This document shows positions 1 to 10,566 of a stretch of DNA of 64,000 nucleotides, one piece after another. The stretch lies in IMG/VR virus record IMGVR_UViG_3300028602_000003; one strand, given 5' to 3'. This stretch comes from an uncultured virus (IMG/VR IMGVR_UViG_3300028602_000003) (Duplodnaviria; Heunggongvirae; Uroviricota; Caudoviricetes; Schitoviridae). The notes beneath the pieces were generated by a model. That model did not search any database. It worked only from the letters and a program-made list of their open reading frames with translations, and was not told the origin of the DNA. Every line of letters begins with the position of its first letter. Within the stretch, counting starts at the first letter, position 1. Both the position numbers and the translations under genes were made by a program.

Positions 1-66
1 GTTGAGGTGTGGGAGGAGACTCATGGACAAGAACAAGCAACCCCTCTTTCTTCCTACATCGTGTGA
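1..66 (+). CDS. 3' end of terminase large subunit (N4 gp68-like), partial
   Basis: Frame 1 reads ...EQATPLSSYIV*; this C-terminus and the position before the gp67-like gene fit N4-like terminases. Confidence 0.65.
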   Translation, partial: VEVWEETHGQEQATPLSSYIV

Positions 67-72
67 GGAATT

Positions 73-774
73 ATGAACGTAGAACAAATGTACGAGGCAT
101 TGTCCTATGGGGAATTGTCCAACCTTGCTTTGTCTGGTGAGGGTTCTGGGCTAATCCTTGATGAGAAAAAGCCTCAAGTTCTTCTGGCATTGAATGAAGG
201 GCTTCTACGTTTGCACACCAAGTTTGTGCTTCGGGAGAAGGAGGTGATTATTGAGATGGTCCGCCATATCACTAACTACCACCTATTGGCTCGCTTTGCT
301 CATTACACAACGCCTGTAGTAGAGCGCTGGACTTACATTCGGGATATGCCAAATGACCGGTTTGTGGAAGATGTCCTGAAGGTCACTGGGGCATACAACA
401 CTTACGGTCAAGCGCTGCCTCTTAATGACTCTGAGCAAGACCTGTCCATTTTTACCCCACAGTTAAATATGGTGCAGATCCCACGACCTGTTCATGGCAG
501 TGCTGTCAGTTTGTTGTACCAAGCGCGGCATGCTGAGCTGTTACTTGATACACCAGAACAAGATATTCTGGTGCCTGACTCGTTGATGGGGGCTTTACGT
601 GCTTATGTGGCTTACAAGATCTATAGCCAATTGGGCACACAAGAGGCTACAGTTAAAGCCGTTGAGCACATGAACACCTACGAGGCTATTTGCAATGAAG
701 TCGAGACGCATGGCATGACGCTCGGCAACCCTTCTACTACTAACGTGCGGTTCGATAAAAGAGGATGGATCTAA
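73..774 (+). CDS. N4 gp67-like virion (head-tail adaptor) protein
   Basis: 233 aa, GAGGA RBS; LSYGELSNL start and N.RFDKRGW end; synteny after terminase. Confidence 0.7.
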   Translation: MNVEQMYEALSYGELSNLALSGEGSGLILDEKKPQVLLALNEGLLRLHTKFVLREKEVIIEMVRHITNYHLLARFAHYTTPVVERWTYIRDMPNDRFVEDVLKVTGAYNTYGQALPLNDSEQDLSIFTPQLNMVQIPRPVHGSAVSLLYQARHAELLLDTPEQDILVPDSLMGALRAYVAYKIYSQLGTQEATVKAVEHMNTYEAICNEVETHGMTLGNPSTTNVRFDKRGWI

Positions 775-775
775 T

Positions 776-3373
776 ATGACTATGCGTACATCGGGCGATG
801 TCTACGGTGGCAGCTGTACGCCAATCGTGGATAACATGATTGGTGATGTTTACCCGGCAGTCGCTGCGGTAGCGCATCATTTGGCAGAGATCTGCTATCT
901 AGCAGCCAATCTGGATAACCTCAAACCACTGGATGTAGAGCTTCGTAGTAACGATGCTACTCAGGCTATTGAGTGGCGCTATGTGGAAGAGGGTGCTGAG
1001 TGGCAGGTGCTTGTTAGCTATGTGGATCTGCTTGGGGCAGATGTACAAGAAGTTCTGGCGCTCCTCCAACAAGTCAGTGCCCAAGTGGCTGCTGATGCTG
1101 CTCAGGTAGCAGCAGATCGTATTGTCTGTGAGGAAGCCGTTGATCTACTCACTGGTTCCATCTCTCTTACTCCTGCTCCAGGTAAGATTCCTATTGCTGA
1201 CGAGAATGGCCATCTTCACCAAGACTGGTTTGAGGCAGCTGCTTCTCACACAGTAGGCCCATTTACTCTGACTGAGGGTCAGACAGAAATCATCTTGCCG
1301 GATGGTTTCACTACTGTTGGTATGCAGGTTGTAGTGGAAGGCTCTGTTGAGTTTGCTTGGACAGCTGACGCCTTTGACCAACAACGCTTTACCCTGAACA
1401 ACAACGACTATCTTGCCGGTACTCGTGTTTGGTGTAGTAAGGGTGTTGCTGGTGCTTCTTTGGGTATGCTCTTTGCCAGTAAAGAGAAAGAGTATGTCGA
1501 TGGTGTAGCACTTACTGTAGATACGGCAGCACAAGTAATCATTCGTGGTGATGAACGCTATCTGGCAAAGCTACCGGCTTCGTTCCCTGTCGCGCTGACT
1601 GGGACGTGGGCGACGGACGAGCCGCTATTGGTCATTCGCGCTGACGATGGTTTGCGGCAGGATTTGGCTGATGATACCGACCCGGCGAAGGGGGCTGGGC
1701 TGTCAGGGTTTAAGGGGCGAACCGTATATGCCAAGCTGTCTGAGTTTGTCAGTGCTAAAGATTCTCCTTATTCAGCTGCGGGCGATGGTGTAACTGACGA
1801 TACATCGAAAGTTCAAGCGTTGCTCTCGGCTGGTGGGCTTTGTTTCATCCCCGAAGGCGAATACATGATTAAAGCCCATCGGGATGACGGTGGTTTCGGT
1901 GGTGTGCGCCCAGTTAGCAACTCATGCATTGTATTCCACCCGAACGCTAAGTTTACGGCCATCACCAATGACAAAGATTCATACGCGATTGTAAACCTCG
2001 CATCTGTTGAGAATGTAACAATTATCAACGCTACACTAGAGGGGGAGAGGGATACTCATACTGGTGTGACTGGCGAGTTCGGCATGGGCGTGTACATGCG
2101 AGATTGTACAAACATTACTATTGAAAACCCTCGGATCACAAAATGCTGGGGTGATGGAATTTATATCGGGCAAGTTGGTTCGGTAGATGGCTGCCACAAC
2201 GTCCGTATCCTGGGTGGCTCGATTAGTGATTGTCGTAGGCAGGGCATGTCTGTGATTTCGGTGGATGGTCTATATGTAGAAGGTACAGATATCTCCGACA
2301 TCGCAGGAACTCCGCCAGCGGCAGGTATTGACTTTGAGCCTAATAACTCGGAGTGTTTGTTAGACAACATTACGCTGGTCAATGTAAAAACACGTAACAC
2401 CGCTAGCGGCATCATAATTGACCTTAACCACTTCGGTGATGGCGTCAAGGTCAAGACATGCAACATCCGAGCAATTGGTTATTCAGACGAGGGCAGTGAT
2501 GTAGGCATTACACTAACTCGATGCCTGCACGCTACGCGCGGTGTTATTGAATTTGATAGCCCGGTAGTCAAGAACAACCTAGGCAACGGGATATTGATTC
2601 GGCGCTGGCACCAAGATGGAGCGCAGGCCCGCATACTAACTCCCACCGTAATCAACCCTAACCGGGGCGCTCAGGGCGCGGTACTAAATGCTGCCGGCAT
2701 TGCCTGCTACACACTGCTGGCTGATGTTACGCCTGATGGTGGCAGTGGCAACGTACTGCTAGATGATCCGCGGGTAGTTTTTGAATCCGGCGTATCCCCG
2801 GCATTCGTACCGCAGATAAGTTTCCGCGATACATTGTCCAATAGTGTCAGGAACGTGCGCATCCTGAATATGCGGGATGGCCCTTCAACATTCATTGAAA
2901 CAACCAATGAGTGGGACGCCACATCATCGAGCATTACCACTAAAAATGTAATATTCTTTGGCCACCCAAGCACACGAACTACAGGTTTTATCAATCATGT
3001 AAACGGTGCAGTTTCCATACTCGGTACTACATCTACGGCAACCATCGTATTGGAAGCAGGCTCTTTGTGGCGAGCAGGAGCGGTCAAAGTTCGTGGGTTT
3101 GCGTGCCAAGCAACGACAGGTACTCCTGGTGCCACCTCGATTGGCGCGGCAGAGTCGGCAATATTCTTCCGCAGCAAAGCCAGCGGGGATGTCCCTGTGC
3201 AGATTAGTAAGACAGACCTAGTTACAAGCGCAAACTTGGTACTGTCTGTAAGTTACCTAGCATCCCCACCAAGGGTAGTTATTACCGCGACTACCCCGGT
3301 TGCCACGCTTATTAGCTGGGATGTTGATTCAGGTGGAAGCGCTGGCGCACCAAGGCAGGTTATATTCAGCTGA
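776..3373 (+). CDS. Tailspike/receptor-binding protein with right-handed beta-helix (putative polysaccharide depolymerase)
   Basis: N-terminal anchor and coiled coil; GDGVTDDT beta-helix entry motif; beta-helix rungs (GMGVY, GDGIYIG, RRQGMSVIS, GIDFEPN). Confidence 0.8.
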   Translation: MTMRTSGDVYGGSCTPIVDNMIGDVYPAVAAVAHHLAEICYLAANLDNLKPLDVELRSNDATQAIEWRYVEEGAEWQVLVSYVDLLGADVQEVLALLQQVSAQVAADAAQVAADRIVCEEAVDLLTGSISLTPAPGKIPIADENGHLHQDWFEAAASHTVGPFTLTEGQTEIILPDGFTTVGMQVVVEGSVEFAWTADAFDQQRFTLNNNDYLAGTRVWCSKGVAGASLGMLFASKEKEYVDGVALTVDTAAQVIIRGDERYLAKLPASFPVALTGTWATDEPLLVIRADDGLRQDLADDTDPAKGAGLSGFKGRTVYAKLSEFVSAKDSPYSAAGDGVTDDTSKVQALLSAGGLCFIPEGEYMIKAHRDDGGFGGVRPVSNSCIVFHPNAKFTAITNDKDSYAIVNLASVENVTIINATLEGERDTHTGVTGEFGMGVYMRDCTNITIENPRITKCWGDGIYIGQVGSVDGCHNVRILGGSISDCRRQGMSVISVDGLYVEGTDISDIAGTPPAAGIDFEPNNSECLLDNITLVNVKTRNTASGIIIDLNHFGDGVKVKTCNIRAIGYSDEGSDVGITLTRCLHATRGVIEFDSPVVKNNLGNGILIRRWHQDGAQARILTPTVINPNRGAQGAVLNAAGIACYTLLADVTPDGGSGNVLLDDPRVVFESGVSPAFVPQISFRDTLSNSVRNVRILNMRDGPSTFIETTNEWDATSSSITTKNVIFFGHPSTRTTGFINHVNGAVSILGTTSTATIVLEAGSLWRAGAVKVRGFACQATTGTPGATSIGAAESAIFFRSKASGDVPVQISKTDLVTSANLVLSVSYLASPPRVVITATTPVATLISWDVDSGGSAGAPRQVIFS

Positions 3374-3495
3374 CAATCCTCGGGCAAGTCTACGCAAGCG
3401 GCGGGGACGCTAAAATACAAATAACGCAATAACTCAGGCACTTTTGTTATAAAACAAAAGTGCCTTTTTTCTATCAAACACACGAGGTAGTAACG

Positions 3496-3681
3496 ATGAG
3501 CACTGAATCCATGTGGAATCCTGTAATACCACTACTACAGTGGAACCAAGAAAACCCTATGATGAATTACTCCAGTCGGGTAATTCGTGACGTGGAAATT
3601 GTGGAAGAAGTGGTCGTACCACCGACTACGTTGCTAGAATGGCAGGAACACTTTAAATGCCACGATAACCTACACAAGTAA
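3496..3681 (+). CDS. Small hypothetical protein (61 aa)
   Basis: ATG at 3496 preceded by GAGG; leads into the lysis cassette. Confidence 0.5.
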   Translation: MSTESMWNPVIPLLQWNQENPMMNYSSRVIRDVEIVEEVVVPPTTLLEWQEHFKCHDNLHK

Positions 3682-3690
3682 GGGCTACTC

Positions 3691-4023
3691 ATGACAGGTG
3701 AATCTATTGAAGTCCAGCTTGCGCGTATGGATGAACGATTCAAGACAGTATTACGTGAGCTTGAGAAAGCCACTGCTAGTCGTAAAGACCAGTACCATCA
3801 ACTGGATGAAATGGGTAAGTCCCTATTATCTATTGATAACCGGGTAGGTAAGGTGGAGCAGAGTCTTGCTAAGAATGCCCCTACCATCGAAGAGTTCATC
3901 ACCATTAAGCATCGTGTTGTTGGCGCTGGGGTAGCAGGACGTTGGTTGTGGGTAGGTGCTACAGCACTACTTGCCTTCCTACTCTCCATACGTGAACACC
4001 TTGTAGCACTGGTGTCTAAGTGA
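3691..4023 (+). CDS. Coiled-coil protein with C-terminal transmembrane helix (lysis-cassette membrane protein, holin/antiholin candidate)
   Basis: Heptad-rich N-terminus, hydrophobic WLWVGATALLAFLLSI; lies upstream of holin and endolysin. Confidence 0.55.
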   Translation: MTGESIEVQLARMDERFKTVLRELEKATASRKDQYHQLDEMGKSLLSIDNRVGKVEQSLAKNAPTIEEFITIKHRVVGAGVAGRWLWVGATALLAFLLSIREHLVALVSK

Positions 4024-4259
4024 TGAAACTCATTCTGGAATGGCGTTCAGCATGGAAGTTTGCCTCTATTCAATGGAGTGCCTTGGGTGTGCTACTCATG
4101 TCGCTTGTTGAGTTAGCAAACTACAGTTTCATCAGTCTCCCGCCTAGCCTACAAGCCCAAATACCTCATTCAAGCCAATTGGCTCTCGGCCTGTTTGCGT
4201 TGACTATGGTAGGTAGGCTGCTCAAGCTCAGTGAACCAAAAGATGAAGCCAATCAGTAA
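4020..4259 (+). CDS. Putative holin (2 TM helices)
   Basis: 79 aa, two hydrophobic segments and charged C-terminus; overlaps endolysin start. Confidence 0.6.
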   Translation: MMKLILEWRSAWKFASIQWSALGVLLMSLVELANYSFISLPPSLQAQIPHSSQLALGLFALTMVGRLLKLSEPKDEANQ

Positions 4260-4839
4260 CACTAAGAAAGGCGTGGCCGGTACGGCAGTGGCAGCCATCT
4301 TGGCTGCCATTTTCACTTTAGAGGGTGGATACGTTAATGACCCGAAAGACCCAGGTGGGGAGACCAATCATGGTATCACCACTTCAGTAGCCAGAGATGC
4401 TGGCTACCTTGGTTCAATGCGTGATATGAGCCAAGAGACTGCCACATTCATTTACATCACCAACTACATTGATAAGCCTGGGTATGGGGAAGTTGTTTCA
4501 CTCTCCCCTGCTGTTGGGCATAAGCTAGTAGATGCTGGCGTAAATACGGGAACAGGCAGATCATCCCGTTGGTTCCAGATAGCACTTAACTCCCTAAATC
4601 GTGGTGGCCGTGATTACCAGAACGTATCGGTGGATGGGAAGATCGGTGCTGGTTCTATTGCTGCATACAAGAATCTTCAGCGTGTGCGGGGTAAGGTTAA
4701 GGCGTGTGAGATGGTGATTAAACTGGTGGATGCCCAACAAGCTAACCACTATATGAGCCTAACGAATCTTTCTGTGTACACACCAGGATGGGTAGATCAC
4801 CGGGTAGGCAATGTTCCTCTTTCCAAATGCGCTGAATGA
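4243..4839 (+). CDS. Endolysin, GH108 N-acetylmuramidase with SAR-like N-terminal anchor (N4 gp61-like)
   Basis: EGGYVNDPKDPGGETNHGIT motif; Gly/Ala-rich N-terminal hydrophobic segment; VDGKIG peptidoglycan-binding motif. Confidence 0.9.
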   Translation: MKPISNTKKGVAGTAVAAILAAIFTLEGGYVNDPKDPGGETNHGITTSVARDAGYLGSMRDMSQETATFIYITNYIDKPGYGEVVSLSPAVGHKLVDAGVNTGTGRSSRWFQIALNSLNRGGRDYQNVSVDGKIGAGSIAAYKNLQRVRGKVKACEMVIKLVDAQQANHYMSLTNLSVYTPGWVDHRVGNVPLSKCAE

Positions 4840-4851
4840 TTGGTGATCCCG

Positions 4852-4977
4852 ATGGAAAAAGACTTCCCGGCTATAAAGCAAGTCCCTGATTACGTTGTGA
4901 TTTGTGATCGCTTTGGTGTTCCACTTAAACAAGTACCAGACGCTTTAGTTACTGGGGGTGGTGTTGATGGTGAATGA
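4852..4977 (+). CDS. 41-aa hypothetical peptide (absent from ORF track)
   Basis: MEKDFPAIKQVPDYVVICDRFGVPLKQVPDALVTGGGVDGE fills the gap between endolysin and Rz. Confidence 0.35.
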   Translation: MEKDFPAIKQVPDYVVICDRFGVPLKQVPDALVTGGGVDGE

Positions 4978-5025
4978 TGCTGCTCAGTGGAAATACGAAT
5001 TGGAATGGGAAGAGCGGGAGCCAGG

Positions 5026-5535
5026 ATGATTAGCACACGTACACTCCTATCGGTAGGGGCAGCTTTAGTGATAGCTGCCTCTTACCTTTTCTGCTTTAAA
5101 TTTGGGGAGGTTGTTGGAGAATCCACCGTACAGAAAGAGTGGGATAAATCAGTAGCTGATTACTCTGCTCAGGTCAGTAAATTAAAAGATGGTCTCCACT
5201 TAAAGGAGATCGAACATGCTACCAAGACAGAGGAATTAACCCATGCTCTTGCACAAGCTAGAATTAACTATGAAAATGCTCTTGCTAGCCACCGGCTTGA
5301 TTATGATAAGCGCCTGCTGCTCGTCGAGAATCGTGCAAGTACCTATCGAAATCAAGCCAACGGTACAGCAGACGAACGAGACACTCTTGCAGAACACGCA
5401 GCCAGACTCGACAGATCTCTTGAAGAAGGCCGAGGATTGGTACGAGAACTCGGGGAAACTATTAGACAGCGTGAACTGACCATTACCCGGTTGGTTCAAC
5501 AGATCCAATTGGATCGCAAACTTTTCACAGAATAG
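5026..5535 (+). CDS. i-spanin (Rz-like)
   Basis: N-terminal TM helix followed by long coiled coil; follows endolysin; nested lipoprotein ORF. Confidence 0.8.
   Translation: MISTRTLLSVGAALVIAASYLFCFKFGEVVGESTVQKEWDKSVADYSAQVSKLKDGLHLKEIEHATKTEELTHALAQARINYENALASHRLDYDKRLLLVENRASTYRNQANGTADERDTLAEHAARLDRSLEEGRGLVRELGETIRQRELTITRLVQQIQLDRKLFTE
5243..5479 (+). CDS. o-spanin (Rz1-like lipoprotein) nested in the +1 frame of Rz; alternative start 5270
   Basis: [16 protein letters not shown] lipoprotein signal, Pro/Gln/Thr-rich mature part; GAGGA RBS before 5243. Confidence 0.75.
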   Translation: MLLHKLELTMKMLLLATGLIMISACCSSRIVQVPIEIKPTVQQTNETLLQNTQPDSTDLLKKAEDWYENSGKLLDSVN

Positions 5536-5545
5536 AGCGTCCCTA

Positions 5546-7795
5546 ATGGATCAGAACGACATCAATTTCACAGGCAAGGCACCAGAGAAACTCACTGACT
5601 GGGAAAAAGAGCCTGATCTACGGGAACTCAAACAAGACCTTGAGTCGGGCCGTACTGCTCAGCAAATGCAGGTAAGTAAGATCACCCACTGGAATGATCT
5701 TCTTAAAGTGCGTGGTGCAGCTAAACCCAAGAAGGTTAAAGGTCGCTCAGGTGTACAACCTAAGCTCATTCGTCGGCAGGCTGAGTGGCGATACTCAGCT
5801 TTGAGTGAGCCTTTCCTTGGTTCAAATAAGGTGGTTACTGCATCTCCTGTAACCGGTGAAGATGCTGCCGCTGCTCGCCAAAGTGAGTTGGTGATTAACT
5901 ACCAATTCCGAACCAAGCTCAATCGGGTAAAGCTGATTGATGATTTTGTACGGTCTACTGTGGATGACGGCACGTCGATCTTACGTGTGGGCTGGAAACG
6001 AGTAACTGTCCCGATTATGGAGACAGTACCTGTTTACGATTTCTTCCCTATTCAGGACGAACAGCAGCTGCAAGAGATGCAGCAGATGCTAGAGCTGAAA
6101 GCAGAAAGTCCTCGTATGTTCTCTGAGAATGTAAGCCCTGAAGGCCAGGCTGCTATCGAGTATTACGAAGAAACTGGTATGCCAGTTTTTGCAGTACAGA
6201 ACGGGACACAAGAAGTACCTACTGAAAAGGTGCTTGAGAACAAGCCCACTGTTGATGTGCTTAACCCAGCTAACGTAGTCATTGATCCTTCCTGTAACGG
6301 GGATATGGAGAAGGCTATGTTCTGTGTTGTCTCGTTTGAGACATCCAAGGCAGACCTGCTTAAAGAACCAAACCGATACAAGAATCTCGACTCTGTGAAC
6401 TGGGATAGCACCTCTCCAGCTACTGAGTCTAATTATGAAACATCTACCCCAAGTGACTTCCAGTTCACTGACTCTCTTCGTAAGAAGGTAGTGGCATACG
6501 AGTACTGGGGTTTCCACGACATTGATGGGCAGGGTGTACTTACCCCTATTGTTGCCACTTGGATCGGTAATGTGATGGTTCGTCTTGAAGAGAACCCCTT
6601 CCCTGATGCCAAGCTTCCTCTGGTTGTAGTGCCATATCTCCCGGTTAAACGTGACCTGTACGGTGAACCAGACGCTGAATTGCTAGAGGATAACCAAGCA
6701 ATTCTGGGGGCAGTTACCCGAGGAATGATTGACCTCTTGGGTCGCTCTGCTAACTCTCAGCAGGGTTTTGCTAAGGGCATGCTTGATCCTCTTAACCGTC
6801 GTCGGTTTGATGAAGGGCAGGACTATGAGTTCAACCCTGGGACCAACCCACAGAACAACCTGATCCAGCATAAGTACCCTGAGTTGCCACAGTCGGCTCT
6901 GATCATGAGCCAGACCCAGAACCAAGAGGCTGAAGCACTTACAGGCGTTAAGTCTTTCGGTGGTGGTATCAGTGGTGAGGCTTATGGTGATGTAGCTGCC
7001 GGTATCAAGGGTGTCCTTGATGCTGCCTCTAAACGTGAGATGGCTATTCTCCGTCGTCTTGCTAAAGGCATGACCGAAGTCTTTACCAAGATCATGGCTA
7101 TGAACGCTGTGTTCTTGTCTGAGGAAGAAGTCATCCGAATTACGGATGAAGAGTTTGTAACGATCAAGCGTGAAGACTTGGTGGGTAACTATGATGTATC
7201 CGTAGATATTTCTACTGCTGAGGTCGATAACGCTAAGACACAAGATCTTGCCTTCATGCTTCAAACCATTGGGCCAAACACTGACCCAGGTATTGTGATG
7301 ATGATGCTGGCTGAGATTGCTGATCTGAAACGTATGCCTGACTTGGCTCGTAAGATTCGTAACTTCAAGCCACAGCCTGATCCGTTACAGGAACAACTGA
7401 AGCAGCTGGAAGTCATGAAAGCCCAGAAGGAAGTGGAGCTACTGGACTCCGAGATTCGCCTTAATGACGCTAAAGCTCAGGAAGCAATGTCTAAGAAAGA
7501 CAAGACTGATCTGGACTATGTTGAGCAAGAGACTGGTACTAAACACGCTCGTGAGATGGAGCAACAGAAAGCTCAGTCCGAGGGTAACCAGAATCTTCAA
7601 GTGACTAAGGCACTGACCACACCTACCAAAGAAGGTGAGCGTGCCCCTAACATTGAGGCAGCAATTGGCTATAACCGTATTAGCGATAAAATGAACTCTA
7701 CTAGCCAAGAGCCACAACCTAGTAGTACGCTATTACAAGATGAGTTAGTAGAAGCTCCTCTACAAACATTACCTACCCCAAACACAACACTATAA
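5546..7795 (+). CDS. Portal protein (N4 gp59-like)
   Basis: 749 aa; KLTDWEKEP and [22 protein letters not shown] motifs; synteny. Confidence 0.9.
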   Translation: MDQNDINFTGKAPEKLTDWEKEPDLRELKQDLESGRTAQQMQVSKITHWNDLLKVRGAAKPKKVKGRSGVQPKLIRRQAEWRYSALSEPFLGSNKVVTASPVTGEDAAAARQSELVINYQFRTKLNRVKLIDDFVRSTVDDGTSILRVGWKRVTVPIMETVPVYDFFPIQDEQQLQEMQQMLELKAESPRMFSENVSPEGQAAIEYYEETGMPVFAVQNGTQEVPTEKVLENKPTVDVLNPANVVIDPSCNGDMEKAMFCVVSFETSKADLLKEPNRYKNLDSVNWDSTSPATESNYETSTPSDFQFTDSLRKKVVAYEYWGFHDIDGQGVLTPIVATWIGNVMVRLEENPFPDAKLPLVVVPYLPVKRDLYGEPDAELLEDNQAILGAVTRGMIDLLGRSANSQQGFAKGMLDPLNRRRFDEGQDYEFNPGTNPQNNLIQHKYPELPQSALIMSQTQNQEAEALTGVKSFGGGISGEAYGDVAAGIKGVLDAASKREMAILRRLAKGMTEVFTKIMAMNAVFLSEEEVIRITDEEFVTIKREDLVGNYDVSVDISTAEVDNAKTQDLAFMLQTIGPNTDPGIVMMMLAEIADLKRMPDLARKIRNFKPQPDPLQEQLKQLEVMKAQKEVELLDSEIRLNDAKAQEAMSKKDKTDLDYVEQETGTKHAREMEQQKAQSEGNQNLQVTKALTTPTKEGERAPNIEAAIGYNRISDKMNSTSQEPQPSSTLLQDELVEAPLQTLPTPNTTL

Positions 7796-7807
7796 GGACT
7801 ACTCAGC

Positions 7808-8143
7808 ATGTCTGAAGTCATGAAAATGGAACAACACATCGACAAACTGAAAGACGCTATCCAGATGCGTGATGACGCACTGAAGCTGTTTGATAACCGC
7901 CTTTTCAAGAAAGTTATTCTTGAGAACTTCTGTGTTACCGAAGCAGCCCGGTATGTTCAAGCATCCGCTGATCCTGCCCTTGATGCAGCACAACGGGCTG
8001 ATGCCCTGAACCTGGCTCAAGCAAGCGGGCACCTGAAGCGTTATCTTTCGGTATTGGTTCAGATGGGTAATGCTGCTGCTACCAACCTGCGTGACAGTGA
8101 GCAAGCCCTTGATGAGATGCGTGCTGAAGAGGGTAATGAATAA
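7808..8143 (+). CDS. N4 gp58-like protein
   Basis: 111 aa helical protein between portal and gp57-like gene. Confidence 0.65.
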   Translation: MSEVMKMEQHIDKLKDAIQMRDDALKLFDNRLFKKVILENFCVTEAARYVQASADPALDAAQRADALNLAQASGHLKRYLSVLVQMGNAAATNLRDSEQALDEMRAEEGNE

Positions 8144-9252
8144 TGGCCGGCGAACCAGTAGATGTACTGGGGATGTCCGATAGCGACTTCCTTCAGTTGA
8201 ATGAACCACCTGTTGCTTCCACTGAGGAAGCAACTGAGGTTGTTGATACTCCTGAGACTACTGAAGAAGTAGTCGTTGAGTCTGAGCAAAGCACAGAAGA
8301 TCCTGCTGCTGAGACGGAGGAAGAAGAAGAGCCTTCTACTGAAGAGGTAAACCCTCTTGATGACAAGGCACCAGTAACCAAAGAAGAACCTGTACAAGCA
8401 GAGCCTTCTAAAGCAGCTGGTGTGGTTGATGCCGACAAGATTGCCTTCTATGACAAGGCAATGAAAAGCTTCAAGGCTAACGGCAAACAAATCGAAGTAC
8501 GCAGTCCTGAAGAGCTGATCCAATTGGCTCAGATGGGTTGTAACTACACTGCCAAAATGCAACAGATTGCCCCGCATCGAAAAGTTCTACTGATGCTGGA
8601 GAACAATGGCTTGTTGGATGAAGGCAAACTTTCTTATCTGATTGACTTGGATAAGAAGAACCCTGAGGCAATTAAGAAGTTGCTGAAGGACGGTAATATC
8701 GACCCTTTGGATATTGATACCCAAAGTGCTTCGAATTACCAAGAAGGCAATCACCGTGTCGGTGAGGAAGAAGTTAATTTTCGTACTGCATTGGATGATG
8801 TAAAAAGTCAGCCAAAGGGTATCGAGACCCTTCAAATCCTCAACTCAACTTGGGATCAAGCCAGTAAGGATATGCTGTTCAAGAATCCGGACATCATGTC
8901 TATAATGCACCAGCAACGGGAACTCGGTGTTTATGACCGAATCGTTTCTGAGATTGATAGACAAAAAGTTTTGGGTACTGTTTCAGCAAATGAGTCATTC
9001 ATTAAGTTGTATGAGCATGTTGGTAAACAGATGGCAGAAGCAGGTTATTTTAATGACCTCGATGTCCCTGAACGACAAGCTGCTACTCCTGTGGCTACAC
9101 GCGCTGCTACTCCAAAACCAGTTGTGTCTAACAATGACAAGGCTAGTGCAGCATCCCAATCCCGAGCTACTCCACGTACTGCCAAAGTCCTGGTGAATCC
9201 ATTAGCAATGTCTGATGAAGATTTTCTGAAGGAAATGGCTGGTCGCCTTTGA
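8143..9252 (+). CDS. N4 gp57-like protein (scaffold-like; often annotated tape measure)
   Basis: Acidic N-terminus, FKANGK...QMG.NYT.KMQ motif, terminal MSD..FL repeats; directly upstream of major capsid gene. Confidence 0.7.
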   Translation: MAGEPVDVLGMSDSDFLQLNEPPVASTEEATEVVDTPETTEEVVVESEQSTEDPAAETEEEEEPSTEEVNPLDDKAPVTKEEPVQAEPSKAAGVVDADKIAFYDKAMKSFKANGKQIEVRSPEELIQLAQMGCNYTAKMQQIAPHRKVLLMLENNGLLDEGKLSYLIDLDKKNPEAIKKLLKDGNIDPLDIDTQSASNYQEGNHRVGEEEVNFRTALDDVKSQPKGIETLQILNSTWDQASKDMLFKNPDIMSIMHQQRELGVYDRIVSEIDRQKVLGTVSANESFIKLYEHVGKQMAEAGYFNDLDVPERQAATPVATRAATPKPVVSNNDKASAASQSRATPRTAKVLVNPLAMSDEDFLKEMAGRL

Positions 9253-9263
9253 GGAATTAAACA

Positions 9264-10493
9264 ATGTTGAACTACAACGCCCCGGCTGACGGCCAGAAAT
9301 CCACCATTGACGGTGCGAACTCTGACCAGATGAATACTTTCTTCTGGCTGAAGAAAGCGATTATTGAATCGCGTAAAGAGCAGTTCTTTATGCCCCTGTC
9401 CTCGACCCTGAACCTGCCAAAGCATTTTGGTAAGACCATCAAGGTCTATGAGTACATCCCTCTGCTGGATGACCGCAACGTCAATGACCAAGGTATCGAC
9501 GCTTCTGGTGCAACCATTGCTGATGGTAACCTCTATGGTTCCAGCCGTGACGTGGGCACCATCACCGGCAAGCTGCCAACCCTGACCGAGAACGGTGGTC
9601 GTGTGAACCGTGTTGGTTTCACTCGTCTGGAACGTGAAGGCAGTATCCACAAGTTCGGCTTCTTCACTGAGTTCACCCAAGAGTCGATGGACTTCGACAG
9701 CGATGACATGCTGAAGGATCATCTGTCCCGCGAACTCATGAATGGCGCTGTTCAGCTGACCGAAGCCGTACTGCAACGTGACCTGCTGGCATCTGCTGGT
9801 GTGATCCTGTTCGCTGGTGCTGCTACCAGTGATGACACCATTACCGGTGAAATCACTCCAGCTGCTGGTGCTGATCCTGAACTGCCTGCTTCGATTGTCA
9901 GCTACCAGAACATGATGCGTCTGGATCAGATCCTGACTGACAACCGTACCCCGAAGCAGACCAAGGTTATCGTTGGCTCGCGTAACATCGACACCAAGGT
10001 TATTCCTGGTGGCCGTATCATGTACGTTGGTTCCGAGCTGGTTCCTCTGCTGAAAGGTCTGAAGGATCTGTTCGACAACAAAGCGTTCATCGAAGTACAG
10101 CACTACGCAGATGCGGGTAACGTACTGAACGGCGAAGTTGGTTCGATGGATGCCTTCCGTATCATCCAGGTTCCAGAGATGCTGCATTGGGCTGGTGTTG
10201 GTGCTGTTGTCGCTGATAACCCTGGTTATCGTTCTACTCTGGTAGGTGGCGATGAGCGTTACGATGTCTTCCCAATGCTGGTTATTGGCGATGACTCGTT
10301 CCAAACCATCGGCTTCCAGACTGATGGTAAGACCGTTAAGTTCTCGGTTCTGACCAAGATGCCTGGTCGTGAAACTGCGGACCGTAACGATCCATACGGC
10401 GAGACTGGTTTCAGCTCGATCAAGTGGTACTACGGTATCCTGATCAAGCGCCCAGAGCGTATTGGTATCATCAAGACCGTTGCACCAGTCTAA
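9264..10493 (+). CDS. Major capsid protein (N4 gp56-like)
   Basis: 409 aa; [17 protein letters not shown] and [16 protein letters not shown] motifs; strongly biased codon usage. Confidence 0.95.
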   Translation: MLNYNAPADGQKSTIDGANSDQMNTFFWLKKAIIESRKEQFFMPLSSTLNLPKHFGKTIKVYEYIPLLDDRNVNDQGIDASGATIADGNLYGSSRDVGTITGKLPTLTENGGRVNRVGFTRLEREGSIHKFGFFTEFTQESMDFDSDDMLKDHLSRELMNGAVQLTEAVLQRDLLASAGVILFAGAATSDDTITGEITPAAGADPELPASIVSYQNMMRLDQILTDNRTPKQTKVIVGSRNIDTKVIPGGRIMYVGSELVPLLKGLKDLFDNKAFIEVQHYADAGNVLNGEVGSMDAFRIIQVPEMLHWAGVGAVVADNPGYRSTLVGGDERYDVFPMLVIGDDSFQTIGFQTDGKTVKFSVLTKMPGRETADRNDPYGETGFSSIKWYYGILIKRPERIGIIKTVAPV

Positions 10494-10513
10494 TAGACTG
10501 TGGAATAGCCTTA

Positions 10514-10545
10514 GGGGTAGTGATCTACCCCTTTGGTTCCAATCT
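10514..10545 (+). terminator. Intrinsic terminator after capsid gene
   Basis: GGGGTAG-TGAT-CTACCCC hairpin followed by TTT. Confidence 0.55.
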
Positions 10546-10566
10546 TTTTAAAATCAAGGGTTTATC

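Noticed and set aside
9045..10304. 419-aa antisense ORF over the capsid gene
   Set aside because: Shadow of biased codon usage in a highly expressed gene; no recognisable motifs.
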